Numbered from the stretch's first letter, positions 16,927 to 27,394 are shown. The stretch is DNA of 59,561 nt from an uncultured Gammaproteobacteria bacterium (GCA_964473565.1 CAYYPI010000004.1:1-59561); one strand, 5' to 3'. Notes: generated from the sequence alone by a model not told the origin. Numbers and translations: made by a program.

Positions 16927-18093
16927 CTATTTTAATAATTTTTTATAGATATTTATAATACTATTAGTATTTTTCTCTGGAGAGAACTTTTTTATGATTT
17001 TTTGAGAATAATCAGAATTATCTTTGAATTTGTACTTATTGCTTACCATGTACTTTAATATTTTATAAATAGCCTCTGAATCTTTTTCAGGAACTATAAA
17101 GCTAAATTGTTGATTATCTTCTATTACAGTTTCAGGCATACCCCCTGTATTGGTTACGATGACAGGTAATCCTATGATTATAGCTTCTAAAATTGAGACC
17201 CCAAAAGATTCTTCTTGAAAAGTTTTCATATCTTTTATAGAAGGTTGTATATATACGCTTTGTTGTTTTAATATTTTTGGAATTTTATTATGATCAATGA
17301 CTCCTAGAAAATTAATTTTATCTCTTACTCTCAAGTCACTTGCTAGCTTTTCTATTTCTTTTTTAGTTTCTCCGTCACCTACAAAAGTTAGACTAGCGTT
17401 TTGATAATCATTTTTAAGTAACTTTGAAAAAGCTTTTATTAAATATTTTTGTCCTTTCACGTTTACAAATCTACCAATATTTATTATTTTGAATTCATCA
17501 CTTTTCTTAAAAATATTTTTTTTTCGAGTGCCTAAAAAGTTTTTATTAAAAGTATTATTTATTATTTCTATTTTATTTTTTGGTATTTTATATTGAATCA
17601 TTTTATTTTTTAGAAAAAAACTATGTGCAGTATATATTGAATTTCTGTATGTTTTTAATTTTTTTATTTCTTGACGATAAGCAAAATCTAAAGCTGGTCT
17701 TGATGTTATATCAGTGCCATGAAAAGCTATAACTAAAGGAATATTTAGCTTATATTTTTTTAATAATTTTTTTATAAATATACCATTATAACCAAAATGA
17801 GCATGAATAATATCAGGTTTGATTTTTTCTATAATTTTTTTTGCATCTTTTTCCTTTCTTAAATGATATTTTTTCCAATAAAATATTTTATGTAATAATT
17901 TTTCTAATAAATATCTGTTTCTTTCTTTGAAAATACATACCTTATCTTCATTAAAGGGACGTTCTTTTTTCAACTCCCTATTTTGTGTTAATATGTAGTT
18001 ATCAATACCTTCATTTTCTAAATTAATAATTTGATCATAAACAAAGGTTTCAGATGGTTTAGAAAAAGATTTTATATAATGTAAAATTTTCAT
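16927..18093 (-). CDS. Glycosyltransferase family 4 (GT-B, GT1/4 type)
   Basis: EESFGVSILEAIIIGLPVIVTNTGGMPE, the E-x7-E region. Confidence 0.85.
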   Translation of the reverse strand: MKILHYIKSFSKPSETFVYDQIINLENEGIDNYILTQNRELKKERPFNEDKVCIFKERNRYLLEKLLHKIFYWKKYHLRKEKDAKKIIEKIKPDIIHAHFGYNGIFIKKLLKKYKLNIPLVIAFHGTDITSRPALDFAYRQEIKKLKTYRNSIYTAHSFFLKNKMIQYKIPKNKIEIINNTFNKNFLGTRKKNIFKKSDEFKIINIGRFVNVKGQKYLIKAFSKLLKNDYQNASLTFVGDGETKKEIEKLASDLRVRDKINFLGVIDHNKIPKILKQQSVYIQPSIKDMKTFQEESFGVSILEAIIIGLPVIVTNTGGMPETVIEDNQQFSFIVPEKDSEAIYKILKYMVSNKYKFKDNSDYSQKIIKKFSPEKNTNSIINIYKKLLK

Positions 18094-18111
18094 ATTAAAT
18101 TAAATTTTTAC

Positions 18112-19002
18112 TTATTTTTTAATTACACCCTTTTTGATGGTTAGTATTTTTTTGTATAACCAAGGATTATAAGATAAAAATAAGTTTATATAGACTCTTG
18201 AAAAAGGATTTATTTTAATTGATTGTATAAAATATTTTCTAGCTAATACATAATCTTTATTAAGTATATAAAATGTAGCTATTTCCTTTAATTCATTAGC
18301 ATGCATATTCGCATATTGCTTTATAAATTTATATTGCTCTTTGTTTATTCTAATTTTTTCTTTTTTTCTTTTTAACCAAAAAGAACTAATACCACCTTCT
18401 CTAAAAGCGGCTATAACATAATTTATATTAATAAATTTGTATTTTTTTAAGAATAAAATAAATAAAAACTTATAATCAGCAGCTATTGTGTAGTTAGTAT
18501 CAAATTTATATTTTTTCATTAACTTAGTTTTAATAAAAGAGCTTGGATGACTTATGCTGAAATTATTTGATTTCATTTTTGAACTATCTTTATTAATTAT
18601 TTTTAAAATATGACCTTTTTTATTGATTAAAGCTAGTTTTCCTGTTATAACATCAGCTTTAGTTTCTTTATATTTTTTAGATATTTCTTTTAATGCATTT
18701 GAAAAATAATAATCATCACTATTTAAAAAAGCAATTAATTCTCCATTTGCCATATCTATCCCTTTATTCATTGCATCATATATACCTTTATCTGGTTCGC
18801 TAATCCATTTGTTTATATATTTTTCATACTTTTTTATAATATCTAAAGTTTTATCAGTTGAGCCACCATCAACTATTATATATTCAATATTTTTATAGTC
18901 TTGATTAATAACACTCTTGATTGTTTCTTCTATATATTTTTCACTATTAAGACAAACCGTTATGATAGTTATTAATACTTTTTTTTGTTGATTATTTTTC
19001 AT
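18112..19002 (-). CDS. Glycosyltransferase family 2
   Basis: ITIITVCLNSEKYIEETIKSVINQDYKNIEYIIVDGGSTDKT and LNSDDYY. Confidence 0.85.
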   Translation of the reverse strand: MKNNQQKKVLITIITVCLNSEKYIEETIKSVINQDYKNIEYIIVDGGSTDKTLDIIKKYEKYINKWISEPDKGIYDAMNKGIDMANGELIAFLNSDDYYFSNALKEISKKYKETKADVITGKLALINKKGHILKIINKDSSKMKSNNFSISHPSSFIKTKLMKKYKFDTNYTIAADYKFLFILFLKKYKFININYVIAAFREGGISSFWLKRKKEKIRINKEQYKFIKQYANMHANELKEIATFYILNKDYVLARKYFIQSIKINPFSRVYINLFLSYNPWLYKKILTIKKGVIKK

Positions 19003-19101
19003 TATTATATATAATATTTGTAATTAATTTATATTTTTTTAGAAAATTTATTTAAGTTTTAGTTATCTATTTCACTATTAATCTTCTTATATTTTTATTT
19101 T

Positions 19102-19875
19102 TTAATGGTATTTATTTTTTTCATATTTCCTCAAAGAATTATTTGATTGCCATACATACCAAACATGAAAAAAAGATAAAAAGATGCTTCTAGGTCCATA
19201 CATAATTCCTTTAGAAAGGATAAGATTTTTAATTAAGCTTTTAGTGCTTTCCTTGATTTTTTTTTGCAAAGAATATCTTTCATTATTAGCAAATCTTTTT
19301 TTACCCTCTGCTTTAATATAGCGTTTATGTTTTTCCAATAATTGGCTATAAGAGTTCATCCAATAATGATGTAGTGCATAATTTGATTCTATTTTTATTT
19401 CATCACCTTCTATAATTTTAGAACCATTGTGAACTAAATCTTTAAATTTTACTCTTTTTTTATTATAGATAACTCTTTTATATTTTTTTCCTCCCCAGAC
19501 CGTGCCTTTAATTTTTTTTCCTTTGTAATAAAAAACCCAAGGTATTCTTATAATAGCAATTGATTTGGAACTTTTAATTTTTTCTTTAATTTCATCTATT
19601 AGGTTTTCATCTAAAACTTCATCAGGATCAATATGCATCACCCATTCATTTTTTAATTTGGGAACAAATTTAACAAGAATCTTTTCAACATAAGGAACTT
19701 TTTTATGTTGTATTATTTTAGAAGCATATTTTCTTGCTATTTCAACAGAATTATCATTAGATCCTAAATCTACAACTAGGAGTTCATCACAAAACGTTAG
19801 CTTGCTTAGACATTTAGCTAACAAGTATTCTTCATTATATGTAGTAACAATTATTGAAATGGGAAGTTTTTTCAT
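19102..19875 (-). CDS. Glycosyltransferase family 2
   Basis: ISIIVTTYNEEYLLAKCL..LVVDLGSNDNS and HIDPDE. Confidence 0.8.
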   Translation of the reverse strand: MKKLPISIIVTTYNEEYLLAKCLSKLTFCDELLVVDLGSNDNSVEIARKYASKIIQHKKVPYVEKILVKFVPKLKNEWVMHIDPDEVLDENLIDEIKEKIKSSKSIAIIRIPWVFYYKGKKIKGTVWGGKKYKRVIYNKKRVKFKDLVHNGSKIIEGDEIKIESNYALHHYWMNSYSQLLEKHKRYIKAEGKKRFANNERYSLQKKIKESTKSLIKNLILSKGIMYGPRSIFLSFFHVWYVWQSNNSLRKYEKNKYH

Positions 19876-19898
19876 AATTATATTATAATGTATTTATT

Positions 19899-21770
19899 TT
19901 ACTCCCCACTCATGTCCTTAAACTCCTTGTTCTTGGCTATGAGTTCATTGTAGGTGCCTTGGTCTATTATCCTTCCTTGCTTTAGTATATATAGTGTATC
20001 ACAGTTTTTGACAGTGCTTAAGCGGTGGGCAATGATAATGATGGTGCGGTTTCTTTTCAGCTTTTCAATAGCTTCAATGATAAACTTCTCAGTGATGTTA
20101 TCTAGGGAAGAGGTGGCTTCATCCATAACTAGTACTTCAGGGTTATCATAGAGAGCTCTGGCAATACCAATTCTTTGTCTTTGACCACCACTTAGACGAA
20201 TTCCTCTTTCTCCTATCTTAGTGTTTTCTTTTTCTGGCAGTTGACTGATGAACTCTTTTAGCTGAGATACTTCAATAGCTTTTTGTAGTTTTTCTTCATT
20301 AATCTCATCTTCTTCTAGGCCAAAAGCAATGTTGTTTTTAATGCTATCATCGGATAAATAAATGAATTGAGGGATGTAGCCAATATTACTTTGCCATTTA
20401 GAGATATTACTATATATATCTTTCTTATCCACCTCTATCTTACCAGAGCTTGGTTTGAGTAGTCCTAAGATTAAATCAGCTAGAGTTGTTTTACCAGAAC
20501 CAGTACTACCCACTAAAGCCACAGCTTGACCTTGCTTAATACTTAAGGAGATGTTTTTCAGTATTAGCTCTTGATCTTTTTGATACTTAAAGTCTAAGTT
20601 TTTAATCTCTATTTGTTTTTTTAGAAAGTTGTTTTCCTTTTTATCTTCTTCTTTATTTATATTTTCTTTTTCATCTTTATTATTGTCTTTCTTTTCTTTA
20701 TTATCTTTATCTTCTTTATCTATATTATTTAAACTATCAATATTTTGATACTTCTCTAAGTTAGTTAGATCCTCATAGATGGGGTCAACTGAGTAGGCGT
20801 GATATCTGAGGCTGTTGTATTGAGAGATGATGTTGTTAATAGCTGGCAGTAGTCTTCTAATGGAGAGGGCAAACAGAGCTAGGATTGATGAGAGTATGGC
20901 TAGTGAGTGGCCTTGTTTAAGTAGTATGAAGGCGATAAGGAGGATGCCGGCAATAGCAATGGTTTCAATAATAGGGCTAACACTTTGTTTAGTAGTTTGT
21001 TGAAATATCTCAGCTTTAGAAAGGCTTAACATGCTGTTTTCAAATTTTCTGATAAACCAAGGTTTTCTGCCAGTGAGGGTAACTTCTTTAAAACCACCTA
21101 TACCTTCATTCGCTGTCTTTATTATACCCTCTCTTTCCTCTAGTGCTTTTTTACCATGTCTTTTCATGGTTTTCTTAGTGAGCTTTAAAAAAGCAAAGCT
21201 AACAGCTCCTAAAGTGATTAAGGTAAATAGGGTAACTAGTGGTTGAACACTAAGTAGTAATATTATTATTGAAAGTGCCATTACAAACTCAGTGGTGATG
21301 TGTAGCATGGGTAGCATGACGTTGGTAGCGATGAATCTTGATTCTGTGCTGACATTTCTAATTAAGCTAGCGCTGTTTCTATTTAAGTGGAAAGAGTAGG
21401 GAACATGCATGTAGATTTTAAATAGGCGTGAAGATATGGATCTGTAGCGGTTGTATATAAAGCGAGACTGGATGTATTTATAGCCAATTAGGTAAATGTT
21501 TTTAAGAAGGAAGATTAAAATAAGACTAATAGTTCCAAAAACAAGTATTTGTCTTTGGCTGTCTATATTTAAAACAGATAAAATACTACTAACATATTGA
21601 TTGTTTAACAGTATGTCTGGATCAGCTACTCCAGCTACAAAACCAGATAATAGTCCAATGCTAATAACTTCTAGTAAACCAGCTATTATCATAAGTACTA
21701 TTAGAAGTATTACTTTTAATTTATCTTTAGGTGGAAGTATTGCTTTTAGTTTTTTAATTAGTTCTAGCAT
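19899..21770 (-). CDS. Fused permease/ATPase ABC exporter (MsbA/PglK-type half transporter)
   Basis: Six N-terminal TM segments, Walker A GSTGSGKTT, the signature LSGGQRQRIGIARAL and Walker B VLVMDEATS. A K/D/E/N-rich insert separates the TMD from the NBD. Confidence 0.9.
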   Translation of the reverse strand: MLELIKKLKAILPPKDKLKVILLIVLMIIAGLLEVISIGLLSGFVAGVADPDILLNNQYVSSILSVLNIDSQRQILVFGTISLILIFLLKNIYLIGYKYIQSRFIYNRYRSISSRLFKIYMHVPYSFHLNRNSASLIRNVSTESRFIATNVMLPMLHITTEFVMALSIIILLLSVQPLVTLFTLITLGAVSFAFLKLTKKTMKRHGKKALEEREGIIKTANEGIGGFKEVTLTGRKPWFIRKFENSMLSLSKAEIFQQTTKQSVSPIIETIAIAGILLIAFILLKQGHSLAILSSILALFALSIRRLLPAINNIISQYNSLRYHAYSVDPIYEDLTNLEKYQNIDSLNNIDKEDKDNKEKKDNNKDEKENINKEEDKKENNFLKKQIEIKNLDFKYQKDQELILKNISLSIKQGQAVALVGSTGSGKTTLADLILGLLKPSSGKIEVDKKDIYSNISKWQSNIGYIPQFIYLSDDSIKNNIAFGLEEDEINEEKLQKAIEVSQLKEFISQLPEKENTKIGERGIRLSGGQRQRIGIARALYDNPEVLVMDEATSSLDNITEKFIIEAIEKLKRNRTIIIIAHRLSTVKNCDTLYILKQGRIIDQGTYNELIAKNKEFKDMSGE

Positions 21771-21822
21771 GTTTTATTTTTTAACTCTTAATATTTTTAA
21801 TTTCAATTATATTATCTTTTAG

Positions 21823-22740
21823 TTAATTATCTGTACAAGCATATAATTTTTTATATTTATATTCTATTTTGTATTCTGGAACATTATCTTTTAGAAATTT
21901 ACTTAGTACTTCTTTATCATCTTCAAAGTGATATGTACAGATGGAAATTTTAGGCTTAAATCTTTTAATTGTTTCTTTAGCACCTTCTAGGAAATATCTT
22001 TCCGCTCCTTCAATATCTGCTTTGATAAAGTCTACTTTTTCAATATTGTTATCTTTAATAAAGTCATCTAGTCTTATTTGTTCAATAAGTTCTTTTTTAG
22101 CTATTTTTTTGTTTTTAAACATTGAGGCTGCATCAAGTTTGTTATTGCTAATAAAAAAAGGTATTTTCTTCTTAGCATTTCCTAGTGCATATTTATAGTT
22201 TTTACAATTTTTTACATTATTAATTTTAAGATTTTTAGCAAAAATATTGTTTGTTTTTTCTATAGGTTCAAAAGCAAATATTTTGCCATTTCCTCCTACT
22301 TTATCACTAGCTAGAATAGAAAACAAGCCCATATTAGCGCCTGCGTCTATAACAAAATCTCCTTTCTGTATTTTACACTCTTTTAGCTCATATGGCCCCT
22401 CTCTTCTTGTGAATATGAATTTATTATAATCATCTATATTTAATAAAGGTAATCCAAAATCCATAATAGTTACTATTGTATTATATTTTATTGATTTTGG
22501 AACAATAATTTTGAAATTATAGAATTCTAAGCTAAGTAAATTAAAATTAAACCGCTTAACTTTAATTGGTGAATGTTTTATACCTTTCTTTATTGTTTCA
22601 TTATCTTTTTTTATCCTTAAAGAATTATTTGGCAAGAAAACAAAAAATATATCACTTAATTTAAGTTCCTTTTTCTTGTATAAGTCTTTTAGAAGTTCAA
22701 ATCTCCAATTAATTTTTTCTTTAAGTTTCATAGATTTCAC
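21823..22740 (-). CDS. FkbM-family SAM-dependent methyltransferase
   Basis: VIDAGANMGLFSILAS..IFAFEP is the motif typical of the FkbM family. Confidence 0.75.
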   Translation of the reverse strand: MKSMKLKEKINWRFELLKDLYKKKELKLSDIFFVFLPNNSLRIKKDNETIKKGIKHSPIKVKRFNFNLLSLEFYNFKIIVPKSIKYNTIVTIMDFGLPLLNIDDYNKFIFTRREGPYELKECKIQKGDFVIDAGANMGLFSILASDKVGGNGKIFAFEPIEKTNNIFAKNLKINNVKNCKNYKYALGNAKKKIPFFISNNKLDAASMFKNKKIAKKELIEQIRLDDFIKDNNIEKVDFIKADIEGAERYFLEGAKETIKRFKPKISICTYHFEDDKEVLSKFLKDNVPEYKIEYKYKKLYACTDN

Positions 22741-22745
22741 GCTTT

Positions 22746-23681
22746 TTAATTAGCTCTAGCACGTTCTATTTTTTTAGTTTCAAATCTTTTCCTGCGCTTA
22801 TCTAAAATACTTTGAGGAATATATGGTCTGATTGTATTTCTAAACTCTTTATTTATTTGTAGTATATATCTTTTTATTAAATTTGAAAAACTTTTATTAG
22901 TATATTTATACTCAGACCAGGGACTGAGTTTCAGATAATACCAATAATACTTTTTGTTTTTGTTGGGGTATAGATAATTCCAGGGCTTGATTTCTCCAGT
23001 GTAGTGAAAAATAGTAGTGTCTTCTTTTATTTTTGTATAATATTTAGTATCTAAATTAAATCTTTTTTCCAGTGCTTGCCAATTATTTTTATATAGACAA
23101 TTTAATATATCTTGATCAGCTGTGACTATCTTGTCTTGGTATTTTTTAATAAACTCTGTAGCTTTTTGACTTATATTATTTCTTCTCCATTTATTTACAT
23201 CAATAAGCATAACTCCAGAGTTAAAATATGACTTTAATCCTGGATAGAAATAATTTCTAATAAACTGTTTTCCTTTCTCATCTTCTATAGCTGCTAAGGG
23301 AAAGTTATTTAAGTCCTGTTCATATAATAGCTTAATGTCTTTTAAACAAACCAAGTCACTATCAAGATAAAGAACTTTTTCTATATTATTAGGTAGTATC
23401 TCAGGTATGAATAATCGTATATAAGCAGCTTGACTTAAATGACCAATACTAGGAAAGTCTTTTAATTTGCTTATATCTAAATTATATAAATTAATATTAG
23501 CCTTGTATTTATCTTTTAGTGATAATATCTTATTCTTATTTTCCTCATCTATTCCATTCTCTATTATATGAAAATCTAATTTATCAGCTTCTGAGCTATT
23601 CTCCAAAATTGAAACAATAGTCACACCTAGATGTTGAGCGTAGTTATTATCACTGGTTAATACTAGATTAATTTTAGACAT
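22746..23681 (-). CDS. Glycosyltransferase family 8
   Basis: LTSDNNYAQHLGVTIVSI, YLDSDLVCLKDI and NSGVMLIDV. Confidence 0.85.
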   Translation of the reverse strand: MSKINLVLTSDNNYAQHLGVTIVSILENSSEADKLDFHIIENGIDEENKNKILSLKDKYKANINLYNLDISKLKDFPSIGHLSQAAYIRLFIPEILPNNIEKVLYLDSDLVCLKDIKLLYEQDLNNFPLAAIEDEKGKQFIRNYFYPGLKSYFNSGVMLIDVNKWRRNNISQKATEFIKKYQDKIVTADQDILNCLYKNNWQALEKRFNLDTKYYTKIKEDTTIFHYTGEIKPWNYLYPNKNKKYYWYYLKLSPWSEYKYTNKSFSNLIKRYILQINKEFRNTIRPYIPQSILDKRRKRFETKKIERARAN

Positions 23682-23726
23682 AGATTTAATGTTGCTTTTA
23701 CTCTTTTAATTAGTTCTAGCATGTAT

Positions 23727-24698
23727 TTATATTTCTTTATTATAATATTTACTATACCAAGTAATAAAGTTTTTCACTCCTTCTTCTATAGGTGTTTTAG
23801 GTTGAAATTTTAGTAGTTTTTTGGCTTTAGAGATATCAGCATGAGTAATAGGAACATCACCTTTTTGCATAGTTAAAAAGTTTTTCTTAGCTTTTTTGTT
23901 CAAAGTTTTTTCAATGATTTCAACAAAATACATTAACTTAGTAGGGCTGTCATAGCCTAAATTAAATATTTCATATTTAAGATCTGCTTTAATTGCTAAA
24001 ACTATACCACTAACAATATCATCAATATAAGTAAAATTTCTTTTCATTTTACCTTGTCCATATATATCTATTTTCTTATTTTTTAATATTTTATCAGTAA
24101 AACCAAAAAGAGCCATGTCAGGTCTACCCCAAGGACCATAAACGGTAAAATATCTTAGACCAACCATATTAATATTATATAAGCTGTGATAACTATAGCA
24201 TAGGGCTTCAGTAGCTTTTTTGCTTGCTGCGTAAAGAGAAACAGGGAAATCGGTATTATCTTCTTCTTTAAAAGGAACTTTAGATCTACTGCCATAAACT
24301 GAAGAGCTAGAAGCATAAACTAGTTTCTTTACCTTAAATTCTCTACAGCACTCTAAAATATTTAAAGTGCCTTCTATGTTTGATTTTTGATATACAAAAG
24401 GATTTTCTATTGAATATCTAACTCCAGCTTGAGCAGCTTGGTGAAGAACTATATCAATTTTATTATTTAAAAAAACTTCTCTTAGCTTTTTATAATTAAC
24501 AATATCTAATTTATATAATTTAAACTTTGTTTTAGCTAATAATTTCTTTATTCTATCCTTTTTTAATTTTGGCTCATAATAATCATTAAAGTTATCAACA
24601 ATAATTATATTATATCCTTCTTTATCTAAGGCTTTAGCACAGTGGGAACCAATAAATCCTGCTCCTCCAGTAATTAAAACTGTTTGATTCTTTTTCAT
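23727..24698 (-). CDS. NAD-dependent nucleotide-sugar epimerase (UDP-glucuronate 4-epimerase-like)
   Basis: VLITGGAGFIGSH Rossmann motif, YAASKKATE (YxxxK), and SDR extended-family length. Confidence 0.88.
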   Translation of the reverse strand: MKKNQTVLITGGAGFIGSHCAKALDKEGYNIIIVDNFNDYYEPKLKKDRIKKLLAKTKFKLYKLDIVNYKKLREVFLNNKIDIVLHQAAQAGVRYSIENPFVYQKSNIEGTLNILECCREFKVKKLVYASSSSVYGSRSKVPFKEEDNTDFPVSLYAASKKATEALCYSYHSLYNINMVGLRYFTVYGPWGRPDMALFGFTDKILKNKKIDIYGQGKMKRNFTYIDDIVSGIVLAIKADLKYEIFNLGYDSPTKLMYFVEIIEKTLNKKAKKNFLTMQKGDVPITHADISKAKKLLKFQPKTPIEEGVKNFITWYSKYYNKEI

Positions 24699-24893
24699 AT
24701 TTATTTGCTATTTTCTATATTAAATTACATTAATAATATACCACTAATATTTGTGATTTTCAATTATTATATAATATATCTGTTTTTCTTGTCTAAGTCT
24801 TTTTATTAGTGTTATAATAATTACATAATAATAGCTTGATAGATTCTTGGCTATTTTTGTTGTATCATTAGTTTATAAAATTAAATCTTTAAT

Positions 24894-27299
24894 ATGAATA
24901 AAAATGTATATCAGTGGATACTTAAAATAGGCTTAATTTCTAGTTTCTTGATAGTCTTTGCCTTATTTGAAAAACTATTCTATCCTTATGTGGTTTCTAA
25001 GCAGTTGACTTTTAATATTTTAATTGAAGTGCTAATGGTCTTTTGGCTTGTTTATATTGTTAAATACAAAGAGGAAAGACCTAAACTCAAACTTTTGTCT
25101 TGGTCTTTAATTGCTTTCTTTACTACTATTTTAGTTTCAGTATTGGTTAGTATTGATCCTCACCTTAGTTTCTGGGGTAAGACTGAGAGAATGCTTGGTT
25201 TTGTTAATGTGGCCCACTTTTTATTCTATTACTTAATAATAATCACAGCCTTTAAAAGATTAAAGGACTATAAATACTTGCTTTCAGCTCTGATACTGGC
25301 AGCCACTGGTGTAGCTCTGGCTATGCTTAGCTCTGGTAACTCTAAAGCTGTGATTGGTAATCAAGCTTATACTGCTGGCTTTTTTATCTTCGCCTTGTTT
25401 TTTAGTGCATATTTGTTTTTTAAAACTAAAGATAACTGGAAATATTTGTTTTTATTACCAGTGCTTATTATATTACCCGCTTTTGTTATGGCTGATATTA
25501 CTGGAGCTGTGATTGGTTTAGGGGCAGGACTTTTTGTGGCCTTAGTTTTAGTGGCGCTTAGCTATAAGAGGTTGTGGTATCGCTTAGGAGCTGCTATTTT
25601 AGCGATTTTAATAGTAGTGACCATTTCTGTTTCTTTTGCTTATCCTGATAATGAGTATATTGAGAATAATAAGGTTTTAACTCAAATATCTGTTGAAAAT
25701 AATACTTTTCAAACTAGATTAATTGGTTGGAATGCAGCTCTTGAAGGTTACAAAGAATATCCAGTTCTAGGTACAGGATATAATACTTTTAGTTATACTT
25801 TTGATAAGCACTTTGATGCTGAATTCTATAATCACTCTAAAACAGAAACATATTTTGACAGAGCTCATAATAACTTACTTGATATTGCCTCTACCATGGG
25901 AACGGTTGGTTTACTAGCTTATTTAATGATTATGATTAGTGCTGCTTTGTATTTGTTTAAAGTATATATACTTAGTAGAAGAAAGGAGAAAGAGGCAAGT
26001 GATTTAGATGTAGATGATGATAATGATATAGCTGATGTGGCACTAAAAATGAACTCCAAGAAATTAAAGAAGTTAAAGAAAAAGATGAAAAAGAAACTAG
26101 GCTATGATGATAATAAGGATTCTGCTAATAATCTTTCCTATCTTCACTTTAGTCACTCTAATGAACTTTTAGCCCTTATTTCTTTATTTGCTCTTTTAGT
26201 AGCTTATTTCGTACAGAATTTAGCGGTATTTGATACTTTTATAACTTATTTAGCTCTGATGATATTTTTAGCCTTTATTAGATTTATATACTTTGATATT
26301 AAGGGTTATTATAATAAGGATAGCGAAGAAAAGCATAAAAGTATTTCCAAGACTTTTGAATATATACTATTTATCATCTTAATTATTATCTTTGGCGCTT
26401 TGATGTATAAGTTAAATATCTCTACTTTTAAAGCTCACAGTCAAGCAATTGAAGGTTATGCTCAAACATATAGAGGTGAGGCTAATGAGGGTCTAGATAC
26501 TTTTGTAAGAGCTCTTGATTCTCAGACAGAACTACAAAGAGATCCAAGAACTAGTTTAATTAAGTTAGTTTTAAACAGCCCTCATGTTACCAACAATCTC
26601 AGCGATGAAGAGAAGATTGAGTATTATAACAGACTCTTGGTTTTAAACAGCTATAACCTAAAAACTAGCAATAATTATAGTGTCTACCTAACACAAGAGT
26701 CTCAGATATTTAATAAAATGGGTGATTTATATAAAAAATTAGAAAATGAAGAAAAATCTAGGCAATACAAAGAAAAGGCTTTAGAGTATATTAATATGGC
26801 TATTGAAGCTAGCCCTGAAAGAATTAAGCATTATTGGCTCAAGGGGCAAACATTAATTGATTTGGGTCAAGATGATGCAGGTTTAGAGCAATGGCAAAAG
26901 ACGATTGACTTAAATGAGAACTATGGTGAAACATATTGTCAATATGCTCAAGCTTATTTAATTCTTGGTGAAGAAGATAAGGTTTGGCCACAGATGGATA
27001 AATGTATTAGTAGTGGTGGACTTAATTCTTATAGCCAAAATGCTGTTTTAATGAGAGCAGTTAAGCATTATCAGGCAGAGGGTGATTATGAGAAGATGAT
27101 TGTGGCTTATCATCGTTACGCTGAGTTAGTTGACAGTGCTGATGTTTGGCAGTCTTTAGCTGAGCTATATACTGAAATGGATAATTGGCAGGAAGCTAAA
27201 GTTAGTGCTTTAAGAGCACTTGAATTAGTTACAGATGAAAAGAAGAGAAGTAGTATCAAGGTTTTTCTTGATATTGTGGAGAAGAAGTTAAGTAAATAA
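24894..27299 (+). CDS. O-antigen ligase-like (Wzy_C) polytopic membrane protein with a C-terminal TPR domain
   Basis: About 12 TM helices. The Wzy_C-type loop is RLIGWNAALEGYKEYPVLGTGYNTF...DRAHNNLLDIASTMG. The C-terminal ~300 aa are TPR-like repeats. Confidence 0.85.
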   Translation: MNKNVYQWILKIGLISSFLIVFALFEKLFYPYVVSKQLTFNILIEVLMVFWLVYIVKYKEERPKLKLLSWSLIAFFTTILVSVLVSIDPHLSFWGKTERMLGFVNVAHFLFYYLIIITAFKRLKDYKYLLSALILAATGVALAMLSSGNSKAVIGNQAYTAGFFIFALFFSAYLFFKTKDNWKYLFLLPVLIILPAFVMADITGAVIGLGAGLFVALVLVALSYKRLWYRLGAAILAILIVVTISVSFAYPDNEYIENNKVLTQISVENNTFQTRLIGWNAALEGYKEYPVLGTGYNTFSYTFDKHFDAEFYNHSKTETYFDRAHNNLLDIASTMGTVGLLAYLMIMISAALYLFKVYILSRRKEKEASDLDVDDDNDIADVALKMNSKKLKKLKKKMKKKLGYDDNKDSANNLSYLHFSHSNELLALISLFALLVAYFVQNLAVFDTFITYLALMIFLAFIRFIYFDIKGYYNKDSEEKHKSISKTFEYILFIILIIIFGALMYKLNISTFKAHSQAIEGYAQTYRGEANEGLDTFVRALDSQTELQRDPRTSLIKLVLNSPHVTNNLSDEEKIEYYNRLLVLNSYNLKTSNNYSVYLTQESQIFNKMGDLYKKLENEEKSRQYKEKALEYINMAIEASPERIKHYWLKGQTLIDLGQDDAGLEQWQKTIDLNENYGETYCQYAQAYLILGEEDKVWPQMDKCISSGGLNSYSQNAVLMRAVKHYQAEGDYEKMIVAYHRYAELVDSADVWQSLAELYTEMDNWQEAKVSALRALELVTDEKKRSSIKVFLDIVEKKLSK

Positions 27300-27394
27300 T
27301 TATTGTTTTTTTGTTTGAACTGTTGATAAGTACTATTGATTAGTTTTTGAAAAAATGTAATAATATAAATTACTTTAAAATTAATTTTAAATAT

